A stretch of 20,000 nt of DNA from an uncultured virus (IMG/VR IMGVR_UViG_3300021335_000006) (Duplodnaviria; Heunggongvirae; Uroviricota; Caudoviricetes), in the IMG/VR virus record IMGVR_UViG_3300021335_000006, positions 110,811 to 130,810 of that record; one strand, 5' to 3'. The notes beneath the pieces were generated by a model. That model worked only from the letters and a program-made list of their open reading frames with translations. It had not been told where the DNA came from and did no database searches. The position numbers and the translations under genes were made by a program. Of the stretch, positions 1-7,299 are shown one piece after another; positions within the stretch are counted from its first letter, which is position 1, and every line of letters begins with the position of its first letter.

Positions 1-1082
1 AGTCGATGCGGGTTTTAGGGAAAAGCACTTCTGGGCGGACTGATTATAAGCACGAAGGAATCATTGATAAAGAAATCTCAAGAATCAATAATATCTCTAG
101 TAAAGCATACGGTACAGAAGAAGGTAAAGAGATAAAAAGCCTTCTTACTAAACACGGGCTTGTAACTAAGACAGGTAGCACATACAGTCCAATGATGGAT
201 TTGATTTACGAGTCGGTAAATGAAGCAGTTTCTCCCGCACAGCAAGCGGCTATTGCTATCTCTAAGAAAGAGCGAGGCGAAAAGCCTAAGAAGACTTTTA
301 AAGAAGCTCGCAAGAGTCGAAAAATGTCTGCTCAAGATCGCTTGTGGAAAAGCTATAACGCTTATACCAAAAGAACAACTGGTAAAAGCGCAGACGAACG
401 TGTAAAAGAACTTGAGCAAATGATCCAAAAAATGAAAAAGGAGCGAGAGGCTCTAGACGAACAAGATCCTTGTTGGGATGGATATAAGCAAGTTGGAATG
501 AAGAAAGGGAAGAAAGGTAAGCCTGTTCCAAACTGCGTGAAAGAAACTGTTCGAAGCAAGACAATCAAAGTCGGTGAAGACGCTATCGGCGCTGATGAAA
601 CTCACTATGCTCTCGTAAAGGAAAGAGAAGTAGTTGCAATCGGCAATAAAGAGGATATGTTGTCACTTCACAGAGAAGAAGGTGGACGTGTTTGGGTATC
701 AACAAAGCAAGTGGGAGATCTTGTTGAAGAAGTTACTCAACAGCAGATCAACGATCTCGAAAAGTTTGCAGATCGCTTGCTCAACAAGTTTGACGTAGAC
801 ATCGAATTTACGAGACACTTCGCTGATCGACTCAATGATCCTCGCAACAAGCCTGCTATTACAGTTGCTGAGTTACAACGACTCTTTAAGAAGATGGCAG
901 ACAACAAGGGTAAGCGAATCAAGAAGCACGGTAACGCTGAAGCTGTCCTCAAAGATATGCAATCGGATCTGAATCTTCCCGTTGTTGTAAACTGGAAGAA
1001 CGGTGAGTTCGAAGTTGTAAACAAAACAATCATGCGTAAGAAAGCATTTAAGACGCCTAATCCAGTTATTAAGTACGAGTGA
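1..1082 (+). CDS. Modular, probably capsid-internal protein, likely 5'-truncated by the window edge; C-terminal RegB/RelE-like domain
   Basis: The frame is open from the window start (no stop before ATG 6). K/E-rich modules are separated by (L/V)xE motifs (SVNEA, ALDEQ, LVEEV). It contains CWDGYKQVGMKKGKKGKPVPNCV (471-539), a motif recalled from T4-like marine phage proteins, and a C-terminal domain with FTRHFADR. Confidence 0.6.
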   Translation, partial: SMRVLGKSTSGRTDYKHEGIIDKEISRINNISSKAYGTEEGKEIKSLLTKHGLVTKTGSTYSPMMDLIYESVNEAVSPAQQAAIAISKKERGEKPKKTFKEARKSRKMSAQDRLWKSYNAYTKRTTGKSADERVKELEQMIQKMKKEREALDEQDPCWDGYKQVGMKKGKKGKPVPNCVKETVRSKTIKVGEDAIGADETHYALVKEREVVAIGNKEDMLSLHREEGGRVWVSTKQVGDLVEEVTQQQINDLEKFADRLLNKFDVDIEFTRHFADRLNDPRNKPAITVAELQRLFKKMADNKGKRIKKHGNAEAVLKDMQSDLNLPVVVNWKNGEFEVVNKTIMRKKAFKTPNPVIKYE

Positions 1083-1088
1083 TAAATT

Positions 1089-1925
1089 ATGAGGGTGATT
1101 AGAAAAGATCTACTTGAGCAGATCTTGCCTCGCAATAAAGAAATTGATGAGTGGTATGATCTACTCAACGATATGCTAGAAGACTATGGTATCACGACAC
1201 CGGAAAGACTAGCCGCTTTTCTAGCACAGTGTTCTCATGAGAGTTCACAGTTTAAAGTGTTGTCTGAAAACTTAAATTATTCTTCTGATGCACTTTCCAA
1301 GCTATTTGGAAAGTATTTTAAGAATAAGAATGTTGAAGCGTATCATAGACAGCCCGTGAAGATCGCAAATGTAATATATGCGAACCGAATGGGTAACGGA
1401 GATACAGAGTCTGGAGAAGGATATAAATTCAGAGGAAGGGGAGTGATACAGCTAACGGGCAAAGAAAACTATACTAAGTTTGCAAAGCATGTTGGTAAAA
1501 CTCTGGACGAAACAATCCAATATTTAGAGACAAAGCGAGGTGCGTTACATTCTGCTCTCTGGTATTGGGATACTCGTAATTTAAATGCATATGCTGATCA
1601 GCGAGATATTAAGGCGATCACAAGGAAAATTAATGGAGGATACATCGGTTTGACTGAGAGAACAGAACACTATGAAGAAGTCCTAAATTTAATGGGAATT
1701 GACATTCATCATGACACGGATACTTCCATGCACATTGATATGCACATGGGATCTAAAGGAAATCAAGTTGTAGAACTACAAAATCTTTTAGATATCCCTG
1801 CTGATGGTTTTTTTGGAGAAGACACACAAGACGCAGTAATGAGATTCCAGATGGAAAACGATCTGTGTCCAGACGGCATTGTAGGCCCGATTACATGGGG
1901 TAGAATGAAGTCTCGATTAGCATAA
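1089..1925 (+). CDS. Endolysin: glycoside hydrolase family 19 catalytic domain plus C-terminal peptidoglycan-binding (PG_binding_1-like) domain
   Basis: GH19 motifs RLAAFLAQCSHES, ENLNYS, YANRMGNG, FRGRGVIQLTGKENY and TRKINGG. PGBD motifs GSKGNQVVELQ, DGFFGEDTQDAVMRFQ and DGIVGPITW. Confidence 0.93.
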   Translation: MRVIRKDLLEQILPRNKEIDEWYDLLNDMLEDYGITTPERLAAFLAQCSHESSQFKVLSENLNYSSDALSKLFGKYFKNKNVEAYHRQPVKIANVIYANRMGNGDTESGEGYKFRGRGVIQLTGKENYTKFAKHVGKTLDETIQYLETKRGALHSALWYWDTRNLNAYADQRDIKAITRKINGGYIGLTERTEHYEEVLNLMGIDIHHDTDTSMHIDMHMGSKGNQVVELQNLLDIPADGFFGEDTQDAVMRFQMENDLCPDGIVGPITWGRMKSRLA

Positions 1926-1928
1926 ATA
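1921..1928 (+). promoter_or_regulatory. T4-type late promoter (CATAAATA)
   Basis: 7/8 match to the gp55 consensus TATAAATA. It overlaps the endolysin stop and lies 35 nt upstream of ATG 1964. Confidence 0.7.
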
Positions 1929-1963
1929 CTAAGAATACTAAACTTTATTAGGGAATTATAAAA

Positions 1964-2842
1964 ATGAAAAAGCAACCAGTACATCCGCTCCCAGATACAT
2001 TTATGAGTGCTTTCTCTAAGGCATTAGATCCTACATATAGCGCCGAAGAACAAGCTCCATCTGCGGTAGAAGATGCTGCCAATGTTATGAGTCAGCACGA
2101 GCCTGCACAAGAAACTGTAGAGCAATCTGTCGAAGAGTCATCTTGCGGAGGAAACATTCAAGCTTCTTACGGAAAGAAAAAGATGAAAGAAGATAAGCTT
2201 GATCCCGTAAACAAAAAGGCTGTCAAAAAAGACTTTGATGATCGACAAGATCAAGATATCGATAACGACGGTGACGTTGATTCCTCAGATGAGTATCTAC
2301 ACAAGCGCAGAAAGGCTATTTCTAAGGCAGTAACAAAAGAAGAGCAAGATCCGCTGTTGGCTGACGAGAATCCAGTCACTGAAAACGGACAAGACGCTAT
2401 TAGCGAAGAAAAGGAAGACTGCGAGAAGTGCGAAGGCACTGGTGAAGTAGACGGCGAAGAGTGCGATCATTGCGATGGTGAAGGCTATCATGATGACGAT
2501 GATGACGATGATGACGAAGAAGATATGAATGAGTCAACTATGCGTGATCGTCAAGTGGTTAGGGCAATGCGAATCGCTAAAGACATGGCAGGAAACATGA
2601 CTGGTGCTACCAAAGCAATCGAGAAGTTAAAGAAAGGATTATCTAGTCATCCTAAAGTCAAAGGCGCATTGCAACTAGCAAACGAAGAAGTCGAGCAGGT
2701 TGATGAAGCAAAGATTGGTAATATGGGCCCATATACTATGGCTCAAGTTCAACAAGCCATGAAGGTCGCCAAGTGTAAAGGTCCTCAAGCTATTGCTCTC
2801 GCTGGCGCACTTCGAGGCATGAAAGAGTATTCCAAGTACTAA
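1964..2842 (+). CDS. Acidic modular protein (putative prohead core/internal protein) with EF-hand-like loop, DnaJ-type Zn finger and poly-Asp tract
   Basis: DIDNDGDVDSSD (2255-2290), CEKCEGTG...CDHCDGEG (2420-2485), D8 tract (2492-2515), and linkers VEQSVEES and EEVEQVDEA. It lies downstream of a late promoter. Confidence 0.6.
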   Translation: MKKQPVHPLPDTFMSAFSKALDPTYSAEEQAPSAVEDAANVMSQHEPAQETVEQSVEESSCGGNIQASYGKKKMKEDKLDPVNKKAVKKDFDDRQDQDIDNDGDVDSSDEYLHKRRKAISKAVTKEEQDPLLADENPVTENGQDAISEEKEDCEKCEGTGEVDGEECDHCDGEGYHDDDDDDDDEEDMNESTMRDRQVVRAMRIAKDMAGNMTGATKAIEKLKKGLSSHPKVKGALQLANEEVEQVDEAKIGNMGPYTMAQVQQAMKVAKCKGPQAIALAGALRGMKEYSKY

Positions 2843-3893
2843 TAGGAAATTACTGATGAAAACGTTAAAAACTTTTTTGAAGACTACTGATACAAAAGAG
2901 TCAGTTAAACTTGATGAAGCAACTGTGTCACGATCTGATTTTGACAAGTTGAAGAAGGGTTCTAAGATTGAGATTACATACGGTTCTTCAATTAGTTCTA
3001 GTCAGACACGCACATTTCAAGTCAAGAGCAAGACTCGAAGTGCTAAGCACAATGTCGATAAAGTCAACATGGTTGATCCCAACAAACCAGGCGGTATGAA
3101 GTTTCATCTCTATAGTCGAGATGGCAAAGACGCAACCCTTGCACTAGGTGACATGGGGGCAACCATCAAGTCATACAAGATTCTGAGCGAGTCAGTCGAT
3201 CTCGATGAAGCAGTAGACTACTTCAAGGTCGCAAAGGCATTTGATGACTATGCAAAGAAGCATGGTGGTATAGATAAGAAAGATTTCGAACGTGTTGGTC
3301 AGTTCGTTCGTCAACTTGGTAAAGAGTCAGACGTAAACAAACAGGACAAAACGTTCATGGCAATGCAGAAGTTCATTCGTGGAATGGACACTGATCCTCG
3401 TGATGGCGTACACCAGATATTCCAGAAGCATGGTATGTGGAAGGGTGGTCGAGTCATGCGTGAGTCAGTCGATCTCGAAGAGTCTGAATTTGCTGGCTGG
3501 ATTGCTATGTATGGTGGCAAGAAGGTTGAAATTAAAAAAGGCGAAGCAAAAGACTTGTATGGTGCTAAGATGAAAGCGGCTCAAATGTTGAAAGTACCCA
3601 AGTCTAAAATGGGTCTTTTGGCAATCAAGCCTGCAGTTAATGAGTCAGTCGATCTCGACGAAGGTTACGATGAAGTGAGCATGGCGATTCGTCAGTTACA
3701 CTTTATTCAGTATGCCGCTGAAGAAATTTCTGATTATCTCGAAATGTCTGGAGATATGGAAGAGTGGTATCAGAATAAACTTGCAAACGCACACAGCATG
3801 ATGCAAACACTTCACTCATACGCTGAAGGCGACAAGCGTATGACTTCATACGATGATCCATATGGCGCATTCGGAGAAGAAGTCGAGCAGGTT
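2684..3893 (+). repeat. Exact 18-nt direct repeat GAAGAAGTCGAGCAGGTT at 2684-2701 and 3876-3893, in two different genes
   Basis: Read directly. Both copies encode EEVEQV followed by (D/T)EA. Confidence 0.93.
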
Positions 3894-4877
3894 ACTGAAG
3901 CTACCTCTATCAGAGTAGATATTCCTTACTTTGATGATGAACCAGCACGAGCCAAAAAGGTTCAAAGAAAATACCGTGTCAAGGTAGTTGATAAAGGTAG
4001 AGATTATCAAATCACTGGTGATAAAAAGAACATTGTTAAGTTCTTGATGGACAAAGATGCTTTAGAATGGGATAAAGATGAAATTGAAGATGAATTTCCA
4101 GAACTTTTCGAATCAGTCGTGCAGGTTGACGAAGTAAAAAGAAACGCTGGTCAATCTGCTACAGGATATGACATTTATCACAAGACATACTCCGATGCAC
4201 TACAACACGCATACGCTCATGCTGAGAAGAAGCACAAAGTAAAAGTTGATATGGACGCTGTGCATGACAAAGTTGCAATGGGTCCAAAGAAGCCTTCTTC
4301 GGGTAAGACTAACTCATTTATTCTTCCTACTAACACTAAGAAGAATCTTCACGTCCAAGTATATAACACAGGCAAGAGCTATGAACTCAACATGTATGTC
4401 GAGTCTATAGAAGAAGCATTTTTACGAACTCTTGCGGAAGAGAATCAGAGTCTCGAAGAGCATCAGATCAAACAAAAACTTGATGAAGCACCAAAAGTGC
4501 CTGCTGGTATGAAATTTATGATCGGTCATGTCTACAAAGGCACCAGCCACACATATTATAGAAAAGGCAACAAGATGACCGACCCCGTTGTCGTTCATAT
4601 TAATGACAAGCCTTGGAAAGAGTTTAGTTCATTACCTAAAGCAAAAGTAGCGGCGATTGCTCATATTAAGTCAATGAAAGAATCAGTTGAACTTGATGAG
4701 AAAGCAGTTTCTAAATCACAACAGAAGCTCATGGGCATGGCTCTCGCATACAAGCGTGGTGAGATGGATGATGCTTCAGACGAAGTAAAGAAGATCGCTA
4801 GTTCTATGTCTGAAAAGGATCTTGAAGACTTTGCAAAGACTAAGCACAAGGGACTACCCACCAAAGTCGAAGACTAA
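2856..4877 (+). CDS. Putative capsid-internal polyprotein; about 8 modules joined by ESVxLDE-type linkers; last module DUF3008-like
   Basis: The N-terminus MKTLKTFL resembles the T4 IP capsid-targeting sequence (MKTYQEFIAE). Linkers are ESVKLDEA, ESVDLDEA, ESVDLEES, ESVDLDEG, EEVEQVTEA, ESVVQVDEV, ESIEEA, KLDEA and ESVELDEK. The C-terminal KAVSKSQQKLMGMALAYKRG...SMSEKDLEDFAKTKHKGLP matches the DUF3008 pattern. Confidence 0.7.
   Translation: MKTLKTFLKTTDTKESVKLDEATVSRSDFDKLKKGSKIEITYGSSISSSQTRTFQVKSKTRSAKHNVDKVNMVDPNKPGGMKFHLYSRDGKDATLALGDMGATIKSYKILSESVDLDEAVDYFKVAKAFDDYAKKHGGIDKKDFERVGQFVRQLGKESDVNKQDKTFMAMQKFIRGMDTDPRDGVHQIFQKHGMWKGGRVMRESVDLEESEFAGWIAMYGGKKVEIKKGEAKDLYGAKMKAAQMLKVPKSKMGLLAIKPAVNESVDLDEGYDEVSMAIRQLHFIQYAAEEISDYLEMSGDMEEWYQNKLANAHSMMQTLHSYAEGDKRMTSYDDPYGAFGEEVEQVTEATSIRVDIPYFDDEPARAKKVQRKYRVKVVDKGRDYQITGDKKNIVKFLMDKDALEWDKDEIEDEFPELFESVVQVDEVKRNAGQSATGYDIYHKTYSDALQHAYAHAEKKHKVKVDMDAVHDKVAMGPKKPSSGKTNSFILPTNTKKNLHVQVYNTGKSYELNMYVESIEEAFLRTLAEENQSLEEHQIKQKLDEAPKVPAGMKFMIGHVYKGTSHTYYRKGNKMTDPVVVHINDKPWKEFSSLPKAKVAAIAHIKSMKESVELDEKAVSKSQQKLMGMALAYKRGEMDDASDEVKKIASSMSEKDLEDFAKTKHKGLPTKVED
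3189..3658 (+). repeat. Three exact 17-nt direct repeats GAGTCAGTCGATCTCGA (3189, 3462, 3642), in frame, encoding ESVDL(D/E)
   Basis: Read directly from the sequence. Degenerate copies start at 2898, 4110 and 4680. Confidence 0.95.
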
Positions 4878-4889
4878 ATAAGATAAATA
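4873..4889 (+). promoter_or_regulatory. Tandem T4-type late promoter motifs (ACTAAATA 4873-4880, GATAAATA 4882-4889)
   Basis: Two TAAATA cores lie upstream of a strong RBS (AAGGAGA) and ATG 4923. Confidence 0.7.
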
Positions 4890-4922
4890 GTAAGAATAAT
4901 TTACTCATAAAGGAGAAACACA

Positions 4923-5777
4923 ATGGCACTATGGGGAAATACAGATACTTTTGCTGATGTGCCTAAGTATCTACAACCTGCAGTAACTTTTGATGGAACT
5001 GCTGTTGCTACTGGCAATGATATCACGCTGACAGCACATTCTTTCGAGAATGGAGACGAAGTGTTGTATACTTCAACTTCCGCTATCACGGGTTTAGTGA
5101 CAGGAACACAATATTTTGTTGTTGGTCGAACTGCTGACACAATTCAGCTTGCGGCTACAGAAGGTGGTGCGGCTATTGGCTTGACTACTGGCGCTGGCGC
5201 AACTGACGATTCGCTTCAGAAAGTTGCTGAACCACCTGCATACTTCATCGATGTTGAAGAAGCTGGTGTTAGCACTAACGCTGATCAAGGTTTGAAGACA
5301 GGAGGCTGGAACACGCTTCGCACTTGGACCACAAACGGTGGAGCAGTAACTCGTTACGCCGCTGAGCCTATTGTTGCAATGGGTGTACCTGCAAGCGTTT
5401 CTGGTGATGCTGAAGACGTAGTAACACCTGAAGCTACATTTGCGTTCCTTGCTCAGCCAGCTACAACACTTACAGTTGCTGACGGCGAAACTGCTACATT
5501 TACAGTAACGACTCAGACTAACTCTGATAGTGCAACTGTTAGCTACACTTGGGAGTACGACCCACTGGGCGGTACAGCTTGGGAAGATGTTGATTCGATC
5601 ACTGATATCGAAGAGACAGCAGGCGGATTGGGAGTATTGGAAAGCACAATCTCGTTCCCAGCACCACTTGCATTGAACGGTGCTACGTTCCGAGTGACTG
5701 CTTCAGCGAGCTTCCCTGGCGGAGATGGCGTCACAACTGCTCCGTCAACAACGTCTACGCTAACAGTAACAGCTTAA
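4923..5777 (+). CDS. Virion structural/decoration protein with C-terminal Ig-like domain (Hoc-like architecture)
   Basis: T/A/G-rich sequence with an MALWGNTD N-terminus, a HSFENGDEVLY beta module, and an Ig-like C-terminus (QPATTLTVADGETATFTVT...SYTW...FRVTAS...TLTVT). It has a late promoter, a strong RBS and its own terminator. Confidence 0.72.
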   Translation: MALWGNTDTFADVPKYLQPAVTFDGTAVATGNDITLTAHSFENGDEVLYTSTSAITGLVTGTQYFVVGRTADTIQLAATEGGAAIGLTTGAGATDDSLQKVAEPPAYFIDVEEAGVSTNADQGLKTGGWNTLRTWTTNGGAVTRYAAEPIVAMGVPASVSGDAEDVVTPEATFAFLAQPATTLTVADGETATFTVTTQTNSDSATVSYTWEYDPLGGTAWEDVDSITDIEETAGGLGVLESTISFPAPLALNGATFRVTASASFPGGDGVTTAPSTTSTLTVTA

Positions 5778-5795
5778 TATTACATTAGCTTTAAT

Positions 5796-5820
5796 GCTCC
5801 CCTTCGGGGGAGCGCTTTTT
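5796..5820 (+). terminator. Rho-independent terminator with C(UUCG)G tetraloop
   Basis: GCTCCCC-TTCG-GGGGAGC forms a 7-bp stem followed by GCTTTTT. UUCG hairpins are typical of T4-like phages. Confidence 0.92.
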
Positions 5821-5840
5821 GATGTGAGTAATGAATAATA

Positions 5841-6215
5841 ATGAGATTAGATGATTCTACTTTTTTGCTATATGCGGCTAAGCATTATGATATGAAATCT
5901 GCCGCAAGTGCTGAAGACTTTTATGAAGACGCTAAAAGGTTTCAGCATGTAAAACGATTATTTAAGCGATATAAGGAAGATGGGGATCTAAGAGTACGAC
6001 TAATATTGAATCATCTCATAATTATTTACAATTGCTTTGGTCCGGCAGCAACAAACATGTTGTTTCTAAAGCTTAAGATGTATCATCATCATCTAAAGCC
6101 CTTTGTTATTTACTTGAGCTATATGCCGGAATTTATTGAGTATGAAGACGTACAAATAAAGTCTACGGATATTCCGCTAGACATAAACATAGTCCAAGAG
6201 TTACGGAAAATATGA
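5841..6215 (+). CDS. Conserved hypothetical T4-like phage protein
   Basis: 124 aa with FLLYAAKHY...EDFYED.KRF..VKRLF.RY...RLILNHLIIIYNCFG, a pattern recalled from T4-like phages. ATGA overlap with the next gene. Confidence 0.75.
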   Translation: MRLDDSTFLLYAAKHYDMKSAASAEDFYEDAKRFQHVKRLFKRYKEDGDLRVRLILNHLIIIYNCFGPAATNMLFLKLKMYHHHLKPFVIYLSYMPEFIEYEDVQIKSTDIPLDINIVQELRKI

Positions 6216-6790
6216 TCGTCGATCTTTTTTTAGTATATCAGTTCATTAAGAGACTTGCGACTCCCTTCAAGGAGTGGAAGGCTTATGAGCTTGGTATTAT
6301 CGACGAGAATGGAAATCAACTGAAAAAGCGTAAAGAATTCACTCGTCGAGAAGAAAAAGACGCATTCGGTATATTCGACATCATGATCATGAAGTTAAAG
6401 CGACTTTTAGAAAAAGTGCCTGGTGGCAAGAGTCGATTAGCTTCTTATGCTGCAGCCCTCTATCTAATCAAAGAGAGCGAAGAAATCCAGAAATACAAAG
6501 AAGACTTACTTACAGAAGAATACGTTGAGTGTAAGTTGGACGAATACATGAGCATGGTAGTTAACATGTATTCCGATGATAGTATTAATCATTTATTTGA
6601 AAATACTATCGACGAAGAAGTTCCAGCAAATTCGGCTGGTTCGGGTAACGTGGCAGGTATAGGCGTGGGACCTCAAGGAGAACCAGGTGTCTCCAAGCGG
6701 GCTCAGAAACGTCTACAAAAAAAGAAAAAGAACTCTATAATTAAAAGGGTCCTGCACACAGGAGTAAACAAAGATGGACACTCAGAATAG
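6212..6790 (+). CDS. Conserved hypothetical T4-like phage protein
   Basis: 192 aa with DLFLVYQFIKRLATPFKEWKAYELGIIDENG. The C-terminal tail after IDEE is Gly-rich and then basic. Confidence 0.75.
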   Translation: MIVDLFLVYQFIKRLATPFKEWKAYELGIIDENGNQLKKRKEFTRREEKDAFGIFDIMIMKLKRLLEKVPGGKSRLASYAAALYLIKESEEIQKYKEDLLTEEYVECKLDEYMSMVVNMYSDDSINHLFENTIDEEVPANSAGSGNVAGIGVGPQGEPGVSKRAQKRLQKKKKNSIIKRVLHTGVNKDGHSE

Positions 6791-7229
6791 TATTCATGAA
6801 GTAAAGTCTGATGTGGAGATTTTAAAGAGAGACGTTAGTAACATGCAAGGATTATTAGCAAAACTCGACACTGCAATCGACAAAATCGCTACAGTATCGT
6901 CAGACGTTGGAAAAATATTGGCGGGCCAAGAAACTCGACTTGAGCAAGTAGAGTATGAAAGTAGAGAGTCAAAGCGACTGACCGAAAAAGAGACCGATCT
7001 AATACATGGGCGTATCTCTCAGAAAGAACATGAAGTTCGAATCGATATGGAGCGTAATCATAGAGAGCTTATGGAGTTTCTTCGTGTTCATGATGAAAAA
7101 AGCACAGATGCCTGGAACAAGGTCGAAGATCGAGTTACTAAGCTAGAAAGCTGGAAGTTCTATGCTATTGGAATTGCTACTGCTCTTGCATTCGCCGCTG
7201 TACAACTCAAGGATATAATTGCAGTCTAA
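6774..7229 (+). CDS. Coiled-coil protein with C-terminal transmembrane anchor
   Basis: RBS AGGAG upstream, a heptad-like helical body, and the hydrophobic segment FYAIGIATALAFAAVQL at the C-terminus. Confidence 0.7.
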   Translation: MDTQNSIHEVKSDVEILKRDVSNMQGLLAKLDTAIDKIATVSSDVGKILAGQETRLEQVEYESRESKRLTEKETDLIHGRISQKEHEVRIDMERNHRELMEFLRVHDEKSTDAWNKVEDRVTKLESWKFYAIGIATALAFAAVQLKDIIAV

Positions 7230-7232
7230 CTA

Positions 7233-7261
7233 TTGACAAGAACACATCTAGATGGTATAAT
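7233..7261 (+). promoter_or_regulatory. Consensus sigma70 (early) promoter with extended -10
   Basis: TTGACA (7233-7238), 17-nt spacer, TGn-TATAAT (7256-7261), upstream of the primase gene. Confidence 0.9.
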
Positions 7262-7299
7262 TTTTTTATCGCAAATCATAATATCACCTAGAGTATTCT

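Noticed and set aside
3189..3658. Repeat-spacer pattern as a CRISPR array
   Set aside because: The repeats are 17 nt and in frame within a long ORF, the intervals are 180-291 nt of coding sequence, and no cas genes are present.
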